DNA of 64,000 nt, taken from an uncultured Chthonomonadaceae bacterium. Lineage in GTDB: Bacteria > Armatimonadota > Chthonomonadetes > Chthonomonadales > Chthonomonadaceae. The notes beneath the pieces were generated by a model. The model saw only the letters and a list, made by a program, of their open reading frames with translations, was not told the DNA's origin and did not search any database. The stretch covers positions 1-64,000 of the forward strand of contig CAWIEK010000053.1 of the NCBI GenBank assembly GCA_963835065.1, written 5' to 3'. Made by a program: the position numbers and the translations under genes. Below, piece after piece: positions 11,166-20,889 of this stretch (position 1 is the first letter of the stretch; every line of letters starts with the position of its first letter).

Positions 11166-11321
11166 GTTCGGTTCCGTCCTGTAGGGATAACGAAATTTAC
11201 TAAAATATGTTCGCAAAAATGTTTTTCAAGCCTCAGCGTTAGGACGGTGAAAACTGTGACTAGGTTCACCGAAAAAGATTCAGGGCAAGATAGCCTTTGT
11301 GAAGCGCATACCGGGCACAAT

Positions 11322-11915
11322 CTACGGCAGCAGGTCGGCCACGCGCACCTGCGCATCGGGGCGGGCAAGCGGGGCGACAACGGCATTTTCGTCATACATC
11401 TGCACGTCCGCGTATCCGTCGGCTGTCGGCTGCCGATGAACGATCAACTGCCGCGTGGGAATGGCGACTACCCAGTATTCCGGCAGGCCGTGCCGCGCAT
11501 AAATGGCGGCTTTCACCGTCGTATCACCCTTCACGCTGCTGTTGGCCGCTTCCACCAGAAGCAGAACGTCGGTGGCGGGATCAGGCTCGCGATCCGGGTA
11601 ATCGTCCACGCTGCCACGCAGGACAGCCACATCCGGTTCGGGGTCATTGAACTCGTCGCGTTCGCCGATGCCGATTTGCGCCTGATTTTGCAGGGCTTCC
11701 AGACCAAAAATCAACGCCAGAACCCTCAGAATGTGCGATATGGTGATAATGTGCGGACGTGACTGCCCCATTTTGAAAACAATCTCCCCTTCAATGAGTT
11801 CAAAACTGCCGGGTTCGAGCAGGCCATTGTCGGTCAGGAATCGGCACTCGCGGACGTTCCACTTCTTACGCGCCAATCCGTCTTCGCGCATGGGCAAAAT
11901 TGCTCGTTTGGACAT
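11322..11915 (-). CDS. Uma2-family (DUF820) endonuclease-like protein
   Basis: ELIEGEI, PEPDVAV, LLVEAANSS, KAAIYARHGLPEYWVV. Confidence 0.92.
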   Translation of the reverse strand: MSKRAILPMREDGLARKKWNVRECRFLTDNGLLEPGSFELIEGEIVFKMGQSRPHIITISHILRVLALIFGLEALQNQAQIGIGERDEFNDPEPDVAVLRGSVDDYPDREPDPATDVLLLVEAANSSVKGDTTVKAAIYARHGLPEYWVVAIPTRQLIVHRQPTADGYADVQMYDENAVVAPLARPDAQVRVADLLP

Positions 11916-11943
11916 AACTCTTTTCTCCTTGCTATCTGCCTGC

Positions 11944-12609
11944 TTACTTGCTGCCAGCTTCCGCTGCTTCGATGAGTTGTTTGATCAAGGTGAGGACGTT
12001 CGGCTTATCATCCGCAAAAATCCATTCCACTTCGATATGAAAGCCCGGTACGCTTGCAAATGTCAGTTGTCCTGCCGTGAGAATGGTTTCCTCATAATCG
12101 TTGGCGTTGGCGTTATCGTTCTTATGAATAACGCGCACCTGGCTTTTACGTGGGTTGATAAAAACAATTTCCGGGATGCCCAGGCTGCGGTAATCCGTTT
12201 CCAGGGGAATCAGGGTAGAAGGCCGGTCCCCTTCCGAAACGATTTCAATTACCAGGTCGGGAATGCCGTAGATGGCATCATTGTGAATGATATTGGTGTT
12301 GTCGGCGCGCACAAAAAGAATGTCCGGCAGCCTGCCGTCATTTCTGCCGATTTTGACTGCTGTGCGCGATCCTAACACGATGCCAAGATTGCGCTCTTCG
12401 ACAAAAATACCAAGCAGCCTGAACAGCCAGGCAAACATCCATTCGTGGGGGTATTGGGCAGACATTCTCGGTATCATCACTCCTCGGACAAGTTCCGTGT
12501 CCAACTCTTCGGCAAGTTCAATCCAGGTCGCAAAGTCTATCGGGCGGTCAGCGACGTAAGTGATGCGGTCGCCACAGTCACAGGAAGGGTGAATGTCCAG
12601 GTCGGTCAT
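11944..12609 (-). CDS. Uma2-family endonuclease-like protein
   Basis: ELVRGVM, LPDILFV, PDLVIEIVS, YRSLGIPEI; GGAGG RBS before ATG 12609. Confidence 0.9.
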   Translation of the reverse strand: MTDLDIHPSCDCGDRITYVADRPIDFATWIELAEELDTELVRGVMIPRMSAQYPHEWMFAWLFRLLGIFVEERNLGIVLGSRTAVKIGRNDGRLPDILFVRADNTNIIHNDAIYGIPDLVIEIVSEGDRPSTLIPLETDYRSLGIPEIVFINPRKSQVRVIHKNDNANANDYEETILTAGQLTFASVPGFHIEVEWIFADDKPNVLTLIKQLIEAAEAGSK

Positions 12610-12676
12610 GCAAGGCCTCCTCATCCAGAAATTCGGCGGCGAAAATTTGCCGCCGAAGAGTAATTCATCTTGCCTC

Positions 12677-12685
12677 ATTATAGCA
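12677..12685 (-). promoter_or_regulatory. Extended -10 promoter (TGcTATAAT) for the Uma2 pair
   Basis: Exact TGnTATAAT about 70 nt upstream of ATG 12609. Confidence 0.6.
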
Positions 12686-12727
12686 TAGAGGCGTTTATAG
12701 CATAGGGGCGTTTGGGAACACGGCTTT

Positions 12728-15310
12728 CTACAACGTTTTGCCGGGACGCGCGATACGACGGCGCAAGCGCTTGCGGCCTGCCCACAGGACTGCAAGCAGG
12801 AGGGCCAGTAAGCCAATAATCGCCTGCCACAAACGCGCTGAAGGACGAGCAACGGGTGGCGGCGCAATCAGCGTAACATCCACCGAACCGCGCGGCAGCA
12901 GGTGGAATTGCTTCGCGCCCTTTGCTGTCGGCAAGGCCCTTGTCACCAGTCCTGTGACCTCCATAATGGAGCCGGCGGCAGGGCGCAGGAGGGTCCATCC
13001 TCCCGCCTCGACCCCGAAATCCTTGCGCCCTGCAAGCGGTATGCGGATTTGCGCTTGCTCGGTTGCGCGGTTTGTTTTCTCGCCCGTCAGTGTAAAACCC
13101 CCGGCATCGGCCTGCGTCACCACTCCCCGGACGCGCGCAAAGCCATGTGTGGCAAGTGGCGGATTGGTGAGGCTGTTTAACGGCACGACCGGTACGGAAG
13201 CCGTTTCCGCTTCCAGAGCAATGTCGTTTAGACTGGCGGCGGCGTTGTCTAGAATGGGTTCGCCATCCGCAATGCCGGGCGTACCCAGAACATCTACAAT
13301 GTCGCCGGGCTGAAACGGAATCAGGGGCGCGGATTGCAGGCGAACATGCAGGCACAACCCCGTTTTGTCATTCGTATCGCGCGCATACAGATTGCCGGGG
13401 TAGGTATCGGTTCCTAGTACGACGGTGACATTGCGCAGGCGTACCCTCGATAGTGTCTGCGTTGTTACTGCGCTTTGCGTTGTTACTGCGGCTTGCCCTG
13501 TCACTGCGGATTGGGGCGCGGGGGCGGAAAGCATGGGGGAAGAAAGTATCGGAGAAGGATGGGCGCGTTCAATGACGGCCTGTACGCTGTCCAGCGTTTC
13601 AACGGGCGCAAGCGAAGTATCATCGGTTTGCGTAACCCCGGCGGCAGGCAGGTCAATAAGCAGGTCAATGGAGTAAGTCGCCACTTTGCCGGGTTGGACA
13701 GTAACCTTTTGCGGTTCCACATGTATATTATCGCCGCGCGCCGTTTCCGTCATCTCAATCGCGTAAGTATCTGAGGGCAAATCAACGAAGGCGTAAAAGC
13801 CGGTTCCGTCCGCATAGTGTGTCCACCGCCTGCCGGAGCGCGCGGCCTGAATTGTCACCCGCGCCCCGTCTACGGGCAGCAGGTTTGCGTTGCGCACAAA
13901 GCCTTTGAGAATTCCCCGCGTTGGTCGTTCCTTCCAGGGCATGGGCGGCGCGGCGGTATCGGCGGCAAAGGGCGGAAGAGGAGCATAAGCGGAAGGCCTA
14001 CTCAGCAGGGCGTAGAAATCGGGCTGTAATTCCAGTTCATGCAGTCCCGGCTTGCTGGGTTTTACGCCGAGATTGGTTCCCGCATACGAATACAGTATCA
14101 CGCCATACGGCAGACGCCCTTCGGCATCCGGCGCGCGGGCAATACGCATTTGCGCCAGCGTTTGCTCCGGCAATAATTGCCAGTTACCGACTGCCATAGA
14201 CGCCGCGCGCCCGTACTGATGCGCCTTGACCCACGCGCTCCACGTTCGCTCGTAGGCGAGTCCATGCCGCCCCGCAAAATACGTCATAGGGCAGGCCAGA
14301 TCAAGAATTCCTTCCTGAAGCCAACTGCGCCAATCCTGAAACACCTGATTCATGGCCGCCGATTTCTGCTGCCATTCCGTTTCATTATGCGGGCCGTTTC
14401 CCCACGCGATTGTAGCGGCGGAAACCACAATTCGCGGCTTGATGGCTGCGGCGTGTACATACACTTTCCGCACCAGAGCCGTCACCTGATCGCGCCGCCA
14501 TTGCTTCCATGTAGGATCGGTCGGCAGGGGCAGAGTGACTTCCGCGCCTGTTTCCGCGCCATCCGTATGCCCCAACACGGGAACAAGCGTGTTCCGGTGC
14601 GGACTCGATTGCCCTTCCCCACGCCCTGATATGGGAAAAGGACGGGGCTTGTCCCATTGAATGTGAGCGTGGCGGGGTAACTGAGTTAGGAAGCGCGATA
14701 CGCTTGCCGGATTGTAGCCGAAGCGCGGGCTGCCATAGCGGACAAAATCGAAATGGATGCCGTCCACATCATAGTGCCGAACCACATCCAGATACAGCCG
14801 GAATGTCCAGTCCGCCGCGTCCGGGTTGCCGGGATCAATTTTGCGTACCTCGCCATCGTCCGCCCGCCCCCGCGCATTGACCGACATCCACTCCGGATGC
14901 AATTGCGCGACGTGAAAACCGGGATGCTTCGTGCCCGTGCCAACCGCGCAGGTATTGATCCAGGCGTGAACGGCGATACGCGGCTGCATCCGGTGCGCTT
15001 TTTCGATCAGGCAGGCCAGCGCGTCGAAATGCTGCGCGTCATCGGACGCCCAGGGTTCATAGTGGGAAGCGTAGTAAGCGTCGCCGCCCTTGCGCATTTG
15101 CGCGAAAATGGCGTTGCAGTGCGCGTCATGCAGTCGCTGCAGGAGGGTGTCAATCTGCCCCGGCGTCTTGTATCCCTCGTTGAAGCCATCCGCCCAAAAC
15201 GCCCGCAGTTCCGGGCGCGGCGTTTGGGCGCGAACCGTTGTGGCAGGCAACAGCAGAAGCAGGCAGAAAATTCGGTTGAGAGTTGAGGGTTGCAGTTTGA
15301 GGGTGAACAC
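12728..15310 (-). CDS. Secreted glycoside hydrolase-like protein (GHL10/DUF187) with carboxypeptidase-regulatory-like domain and C-terminal TM anchor
   Basis: ELRAFW, VHAWIN, YDVDGIHFDFVRY, QDWRSWLQEGILD, PMTY; GARVTI...ADGTGFYAFVDLP; signal peptide. Confidence 0.85.
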   Translation of the reverse strand: MFTLKLQPSTLNRIFCLLLLLPATTVRAQTPRPELRAFWADGFNEGYKTPGQIDTLLQRLHDAHCNAIFAQMRKGGDAYYASHYEPWASDDAQHFDALACLIEKAHRMQPRIAVHAWINTCAVGTGTKHPGFHVAQLHPEWMSVNARGRADDGEVRKIDPGNPDAADWTFRLYLDVVRHYDVDGIHFDFVRYGSPRFGYNPASVSRFLTQLPRHAHIQWDKPRPFPISGRGEGQSSPHRNTLVPVLGHTDGAETGAEVTLPLPTDPTWKQWRRDQVTALVRKVYVHAAAIKPRIVVSAATIAWGNGPHNETEWQQKSAAMNQVFQDWRSWLQEGILDLACPMTYFAGRHGLAYERTWSAWVKAHQYGRAASMAVGNWQLLPEQTLAQMRIARAPDAEGRLPYGVILYSYAGTNLGVKPSKPGLHELELQPDFYALLSRPSAYAPLPPFAADTAAPPMPWKERPTRGILKGFVRNANLLPVDGARVTIQAARSGRRWTHYADGTGFYAFVDLPSDTYAIEMTETARGDNIHVEPQKVTVQPGKVATYSIDLLIDLPAAGVTQTDDTSLAPVETLDSVQAVIERAHPSPILSSPMLSAPAPQSAVTGQAAVTTQSAVTTQTLSRVRLRNVTVVLGTDTYPGNLYARDTNDKTGLCLHVRLQSAPLIPFQPGDIVDVLGTPGIADGEPILDNAAASLNDIALEAETASVPVVPLNSLTNPPLATHGFARVRGVVTQADAGGFTLTGEKTNRATEQAQIRIPLAGRKDFGVEAGGWTLLRPAAGSIMEVTGLVTRALPTAKGAKQFHLLPRGSVDVTLIAPPPVARPSARLWQAIIGLLALLLAVLWAGRKRLRRRIARPGKTL

Positions 15311-15350
15311 GACGAGATGCCTTTCCTTCTCATTCTATAACAAGTAAATT

Positions 15351-16415
15351 CTATAACATGTAAAGGGGATTGTGGCAGGCGTAACGATCCAGTTGGCCGA
15401 GCGGGCGCGTACACATGAACTGGTATTGAAATGCGATGCGCCAGCCGCAATCCAGCAGCCAGCCGAGCGTCTGTTCGTTGCTGCCCGCCACCGCCCAATA
15501 GGGTTCCGTCGGCTCGAAGAAGTCATGCCCCGGCGTGTTTCGCGCCTGAATTGCGGCCAGCCGCGTGACATGCGCGAGCAGCGCAGGAAGGATTTGGGGC
15601 GACGCGGCAAGCGCCGGGCCGCTACAATGCGTACCGCTGTAAGCGTAGCCCTCTATTTCCCCGGTGTCCGGCGCATAAAACAAGCGTGAAGCGCCCTTTT
15701 CACTTCCCATAATCTGCGTCCACAGCTGATGTTCGGAAGGGCGCGCATAGCCGACAACCGCGCGATCCAATTCGTCGAGCCTTGCCTGCACGGCGGGCGT
15801 CAGCATGAGGGGCGCGGACAGTAGTTGCTTTTGACCGATGTTGTGAGAAAGGGAGGCGGCGGGGCGCGCTTTGTACTCGTCGGCGGGATTGGCTTCCACA
15901 ATCACAGGCGCGCTTGCCGGGGCGCGCAGGTTGGCAGCGGGGCCGGACAGCAGCAGCATGGGCATACGGGGGTAACAGCCCGCCTGCCGCATGTACAGCG
16001 CGTTGGCGGACGGATGGTGCGACGCCAGCACAAGGCGCGTATCCGCCCCCTGCCGCTTGCCGTCTTCCAGGCAATGTTCCAAAAGCGCGCTCCCCACGCC
16101 CTGCCGATGATGGGTCGGCAGGACAAAAAATTCCGTCAGGCTCCACACGCGCTCGCGCGTGATGCTGTGGGCATAGCCGACGACATGCGGCCTGCTGAAC
16201 CGGGCGGTTTCTTCCGCCAGCCAGAAACTGGAATCGGGCGCATGGCGCAAATGGCGGCGCGTGGGCGCGTGGTGCTGCCAATTCATCTCGTAGCCCATCG
16301 CCCGACGCATCACGTCGAACGTGGCGGCCTCATCCTCATCCCGCGCGCGGCGTAAGCGGATGCTGCGCGGCAGAGAAGGGAAAGTTTCGGGCGCGAAGAA
16401 TGTGGAAAAAGTCAT
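15351..16415 (-). CDS. GNAT-family acetyltransferase
   Basis: FFVLPTHHRQGVGSALL acetyl-CoA motif; ANALY. Confidence 0.8.
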   Translation of the reverse strand: MTFSTFFAPETFPSLPRSIRLRRARDEDEAATFDVMRRAMGYEMNWQHHAPTRRHLRHAPDSSFWLAEETARFSRPHVVGYAHSITRERVWSLTEFFVLPTHHRQGVGSALLEHCLEDGKRQGADTRLVLASHHPSANALYMRQAGCYPRMPMLLLSGPAANLRAPASAPVIVEANPADEYKARPAASLSHNIGQKQLLSAPLMLTPAVQARLDELDRAVVGYARPSEHQLWTQIMGSEKGASRLFYAPDTGEIEGYAYSGTHCSGPALAASPQILPALLAHVTRLAAIQARNTPGHDFFEPTEPYWAVAGSNEQTLGWLLDCGWRIAFQYQFMCTRPLGQLDRYACHNPLYML

Positions 16416-16420
16416 GGTTT

Positions 16421-16460
16421 GGTGTTCGGTGTTCAGGTATTCAGGTGTTCAGGTGTTCGC
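16421..16460. repeat. Octamer array GGTGTTCA
   Basis: GGTGTTCGGTGTTCAGGTATTCAGGTGTTCAGGTGTTCG just upstream of the GNAT start. Confidence 0.8.
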
Positions 16461-16621
16461 TATTCGATAGTTGGTGTTCCGTAGTTGGTACTCCGTTGGT
16501 TTTTGGAGAGATGTAACTGTTGGATGGAGCGAACGCCTGCCTGTGGGGTATATTCGCTTCAGGCGCGGGGGTTTCCTATGCGCCCTGGAAGAAAGCGTAA
16601 AAGAAGGAGCAGGACGAACGT

Positions 16622-18019
16622 ATGAGCAGCGAAAACCGTGAAATTGTCTCAGGTGGGCAGGCGGATTTGCAGCCGTTTATGAATTTGCCGCTGCCGCTGC
16701 CGCAATCGAAACGCCCGCTTCGATTTTTGCAGTCGGAAACCGCGCCCGAAACACTGACGCGAGCGGCGGCGGCCAATCATACCGCCTGGTTTACGCGCAA
16801 TTCCCTGCTGTCGCCGAATTTTGAGGGACGGCGTTACAAAAACGCGCGCTGGCTGTATACGCCAAAAGAAACCATTGTTCCCTTCCCGCATCTGAGTAGG
16901 GCAAACGCGGACGAAACCCTGGATCATCTTGTCGCCTTTTGCCGTGAAAAAGCGACCAAAACCGTCGCGTGTTGGGCGCTGACGCCAACCTATCCGCATG
17001 ATTTGGGCACGCGGTTGTGCGCGCGGGGCTTTGAATGGGGCTGGCAGCCGCATTGGATGGTATTGGAGGCGGAGAAAATGCGCGCCGACTTCATGGTTCC
17101 CGCCGGCCTGCGCGTTGACATTGCCGATACCTGCGACTGGAAGGCGAGCGACCTTCCTTACTATGAACCAAACAGCGCTGCCACGCTGCCCGCGCCTGGT
17201 TCGGAGCGGGCGCGGCGAACGTGGCATTTCGGAGCCTGGCTGGACGGCGAAATCGTCGGCCATGCGATTCTATTTGTCAACACGGGCAAATTGGGAATTG
17301 GCGGCATTTATAATGTGGGCGTTGTGCCTGCCGCACGGCGGCGTGGGATTGGTGGCGCGGTCACGCTGGCGGCTTGTCGGTTCGCGTGGGCGATGGGGTG
17401 CCATTACGTCATGCTGAACTCGGCGGCAGATTTTCTCTATGAGCGGCTCGGCTTTCAGTCGCTTGGATACGGGCAAACGTGGTGGATGCAGGAAGCGGTT
17501 CTTGCCGCTCCGCCGCCTGCGCCCTCACAAGTCGCTTTTGCCGAAGCGATTGGGAGGGGCGATGTTCGCGCGCTGAAACGGTTTCCGCCCGCCGAACTGC
17601 CGCCCGACCTGAACGCGCCCCTGCCGAACGGCATGACGCCGATGGAACTGGCCGTTAAAACCCGGCAGCTGCGTTCCGCCGAATGGCTGCTGGCAAACGG
17701 GGCTGCCCTGGACGCGCTGCAAGCCTGGGATTTGGGCTGGAAAGAGCGCCTATCCGGTATGTTGGCTGCTCGTCCCGAACTGGTGAATCAACGCGCGGGG
17801 CGCTGGCAGATCACTCCCTTGCACGAGGCCGTTTCACGCAACGATATTCCCCTCGCCAAAATGCTGCTTGCCGCCCACCCCGACCTGACCATTCAGGATA
17901 CAGGCTTTCACAGTACTCCGCTCGGCTGGGCAAGGCACTTTGAACGAACGGAAATTATTGCGCTGATCGAAGAACATCTACAGCCTTCGCAGCGAACCTC
18001 GCCGCCTGCCGACACGTAA
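16622..18019 (+). CDS. GNAT acetyltransferase fused to ankyrin repeats
   Basis: YNVGVVPAARRRGIG, LYERLGF; GMTPMELAV, ITPLHEAV, STPLGWA. Confidence 0.85.
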   Translation: MSSENREIVSGGQADLQPFMNLPLPLPQSKRPLRFLQSETAPETLTRAAAANHTAWFTRNSLLSPNFEGRRYKNARWLYTPKETIVPFPHLSRANADETLDHLVAFCREKATKTVACWALTPTYPHDLGTRLCARGFEWGWQPHWMVLEAEKMRADFMVPAGLRVDIADTCDWKASDLPYYEPNSAATLPAPGSERARRTWHFGAWLDGEIVGHAILFVNTGKLGIGGIYNVGVVPAARRRGIGGAVTLAACRFAWAMGCHYVMLNSAADFLYERLGFQSLGYGQTWWMQEAVLAAPPPAPSQVAFAEAIGRGDVRALKRFPPAELPPDLNAPLPNGMTPMELAVKTRQLRSAEWLLANGAALDALQAWDLGWKERLSGMLAARPELVNQRAGRWQITPLHEAVSRNDIPLAKMLLAAHPDLTIQDTGFHSTPLGWARHFERTEIIALIEEHLQPSQRTSPPADT

Positions 18020-18090
18020 TGCAGGAAGAACAGGGAAGAACCGGCAAAACTATTCTCTTCCTTACCATAAACATCATAAGGAGTATCGGC

Positions 18091-19113
18091 GTGAAGATTT
18101 TGATTATCGGCGGCACGGGGCTGATCAGCACGGCTATTACCAAACAACTGCTGGCGCGGGGCGACGAGGTGACGCTGTACAACCGGGGCAAATCCGAAGC
18201 GCGTATCCCGGAGGGCGCGACGATTCTCAACGGCGACCGCAAGCAGTACGCCGAGTTCGAGAAGCAGATGGCCGACGCGGGGCATTTCGACTGCGTGATA
18301 GACATGGTAGGCTTCGTGCCCGAAGACGCGCAAAGCGTAATCCGCGCTTTTGAAGGGCGCATCGGGCACTTCATCTTTTGCAGCACGGTTTGCGTGTACG
18401 GCGGGCCGGCTTCGCGCTACCCAATTCAGGAAGACGAACCCCGCAACCCGACGGGCAGTTACGGCGCGAACAAAATCAAGTGCGAAGACCTGCTTTTGGC
18501 GGCAGGCGTAAGCGGCGCGTTCCCCGTCACCATCATGCGCCCGTCGCAAACCTACGGGGAGGGCGGAACCATCGTGCATAGCATCGGCGGACGCACCTAC
18601 TATCTGGACCGCATCCGCAAAGGCAAGCCCATTATTGTGCATGGCGACGGCAGTTGTCTGTGGGCGGCCTGCCACATTGACGACGTGGCGCGCGGGTTTG
18701 TCGGCGCGGCGGGCAATGAGAAAGCGTTCGGCAAGTCGTACAACGTGACTGGCGAAGAGTGGATGACCTGGAACCGCTACCATGAGGGCGTCGCGGAAGC
18801 CTTGAACGCGCCCAAACCGACGTTTGTTCACATCCCCACCGACCTGATGGCGCGGATTGCCCGCAAACACTTCGGCATCAGCATTGACATTTTCCAGTAC
18901 CCCAGCATCTTCGACAACAGCGCGGCCATGCGCGACCTGGGCTTTCAGTACACGATTCCCTGGGTGGAGGGCGTGAAGCGCACGGTTGCCTGGCTGGACG
19001 AGCGCGGCAAAGTGGAAAACAGCGACGACGAGCCATTCGACGACAAAATTATTGCCGAATGGAACCGCTTGAGCGACAGCATGGCGCAGGCGTTGCAGGG
19101 GGTGGATGGTTGA
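18091..19113 (+). CDS. NAD-dependent epimerase/dehydratase family protein
   Basis: ILIIGGTGLIS, YGANK, RPSQTYG; AGGAG RBS before GTG 18091. Confidence 0.9.
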   Translation: MKILIIGGTGLISTAITKQLLARGDEVTLYNRGKSEARIPEGATILNGDRKQYAEFEKQMADAGHFDCVIDMVGFVPEDAQSVIRAFEGRIGHFIFCSTVCVYGGPASRYPIQEDEPRNPTGSYGANKIKCEDLLLAAGVSGAFPVTIMRPSQTYGEGGTIVHSIGGRTYYLDRIRKGKPIIVHGDGSCLWAACHIDDVARGFVGAAGNEKAFGKSYNVTGEEWMTWNRYHEGVAEALNAPKPTFVHIPTDLMARIARKHFGISIDIFQYPSIFDNSAAMRDLGFQYTIPWVEGVKRTVAWLDERGKVENSDDEPFDDKIIAEWNRLSDSMAQALQGVDG

Positions 19114-19125
19114 GGGGAGCAGACA

Positions 19126-19220
19126 AGGATGAAGGATGAAGGATGAAGGATGAAGCATCTTCCCTTTCCCCTTTTTCCTTTTTTCCTTCCTCTGTCTCCT
19201 CTTCTCCTCTTCTCCTTTTC
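19126..19220. repeat. AAGGATG x4 heptamer array followed by CCTTTTY-like pyrimidine array
   Basis: AAGGATGAAGGATGAAGGATGAAGGATGAAG...CCCTTTTCCCCTTTTTCCTTTTTTCC. Confidence 0.8.
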
Positions 19221-19239
19221 TTAGCCCGGCGAGGAAGCT

Positions 19240-19911
19240 ATGAACTACAGTTTTGCGCTGACATTGCTGGGCGTGGCGCAACTGGTTCTTGCCTGGGATA
19301 AGGGGCTTGCCGGGTGGCTGTCAGCCTGGTCGGGCGTGAGTTTTGCGGTTGCCGGATTGGGCTATGGGCGTTTGGGTCCCCGCGTATTCGGCAAGCAGGC
19401 GGACGGGCGCATGGCGTGGCCGAACGTCGCCTTGCTGCTGCCGTTTCTGCTGCTCACATGGGGATTGTGGCATTTGCAGCGTCGGCTTGGGCGCGAAGCG
19501 GGCTGTCACGAAATCGCGCCCGGACTATGGCTCGGACGCCGTCCTTTTCCCGCTGACCTGCCGCCCGGTGTGACGCTGATTATAGACCTCACGGCAGAGT
19601 TTCCCGCAGCCAGAGGAATAATGACGCAAGGCCGGGATTATGTCTGTCTGCCCACGCTGGACACGGGCGTACCGGAACCGCAGGCATTGCGGCAAGTCGT
19701 GAAACAAGCCGCTACGCATAATGGCGGCATTTACGCGCATTGCGCACTTGGACATGGCCGCTCGGCAATGACAATAATGGCGATTCTGCTGGCGAAAGGA
19801 CTGGCTGCGGACGTAAACAGCGCTGAAGCCCTCGTCAAAGCCGCCCGCCCCGGCATCGCCCTGAGCCGAACCCAACGCGCCTTATTGGAACAACTCTGCC
19901 AATCCGCATAA
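19240..19911 (+). CDS. Membrane-anchored dual-specificity protein phosphatase
   Basis: HCALGHGRS (CX5R), LWLGRRP, IIDLTAEF; three N-terminal hydrophobic helices. Confidence 0.88.
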   Translation: MNYSFALTLLGVAQLVLAWDKGLAGWLSAWSGVSFAVAGLGYGRLGPRVFGKQADGRMAWPNVALLLPFLLLTWGLWHLQRRLGREAGCHEIAPGLWLGRRPFPADLPPGVTLIIDLTAEFPAARGIMTQGRDYVCLPTLDTGVPEPQALRQVVKQAATHNGGIYAHCALGHGRSAMTIMAILLAKGLAADVNSAEALVKAARPGIALSRTQRALLEQLCQSA

Positions 19912-19983
19912 GAGAAAATATTTTCGATTCAGTAACGCTGTACTGTGGTAACAGCGTTGACGAAGGGGATTGATGAAGTGGAA

Positions 19984-20523
19984 ATGCCTGAAGATATGTT
20001 TCTGAACCGATTGCGAGATGGATGTCCCGCGCTGGCAAGTGATGTTGGCGGTTCTATGGCTGAAGCTGCTTCTATTTGTCTGGAGGATCGCGGGCATGAA
20101 ATTGCGATCAACCTTGATGTACAGGGAGACTATAACAAGGCTTTCGCTCTGCATCGAATGTCCACAACGGATCAGATGCGCCGTTGTCATAACGACTTGC
20201 AAGATGCGACGGAATTAGGCGCTTATGGCGTTGCTATCTTGATTATTCGTAACTTGACAAATCTGACGGTGGTTGAACGCGCCCGCAAAGGAACAGGATT
20301 TGATTACTGGCTTGGTGATGAAGACGAATTGCCATTTCAATACAAAGCGCGTCTGGAAGTCTCCGGTGTTCTTGAGGGGGAATAAAGTGTCATTGATGCC
20401 AGAGTAAAGCAAAAGATTGAACAAACAACGCGCTCCGACTCAACGCGCTTGCCATCGTATGTTGCTGTGCTAGAATATAGTCAGCCCGTAATTTACGTTG
20501 TCAGAAGGACGGTAAAAGAATGA
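19984..20523 (+). CDS. Uncharacterised protein with possible restriction-endonuclease-like fold; internal in-frame TAA at 20383-20385
   Basis: ATELGA...KGTGFDYWLG...RLEVSG; the same frame continues after TAA (SVIDARVKQK...VKE*) to a TGA overlapping the next ATG (ATGA at 20520). Confidence 0.7.
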
Positions 20524-20864
20524 ACACTGTACGAGAGTACCATCACCGCGCCATGGAATTTGCGGATAAAGCCTGCGTTGCGAAACAGAACGGGCAAAAC
20601 GAGCAGGCAAATAGTTTGTTCCTGCAAGCCTTCGATCTGGAGCGTCATGCGGCGGAGATGGTGGCCTCAAACATGGAAGCCGAACCCACACGTTCTGTTT
20701 TACACCGTAGTGCGGCTTCGCTTGCAATGGATTGCGGGCGTTTGCGGGATGCGGAACGTCTTATCTGCATTGGCCTTGCCGGAAATCCGCCGGAAGAGAT
20801 TGCCGAAGAATTGCGCGAATTGCTGGAAGCAGTGTGGCGCGTGAAATCAAAATTAGCAGCGTAA
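20520..20864 (+). CDS. Small helical (TPR-like) hypothetical protein, coupled to the upstream gene
   Basis: 114-aa ORF with HHRAMEFAD...EPTRSVLHRSAASLA...PPEEIAEEL; ATGA overlap. Confidence 0.75.
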   Translation: MNTVREYHHRAMEFADKACVAKQNGQNEQANSLFLQAFDLERHAAEMVASNMEAEPTRSVLHRSAASLAMDCGRLRDAERLICIGLAGNPPEEIAEELRELLEAVWRVKSKLAA

Positions 20865-20889
20865 GCGAGCATGAAGAAGGCAGAAACTT

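Noticed and set aside
20383..20385. Programmed stop-codon readthrough or alternative genetic code
   Set aside because: TAA ends many other genes here; compensating homopolymer miscounts or a nonsense mutation are simpler.
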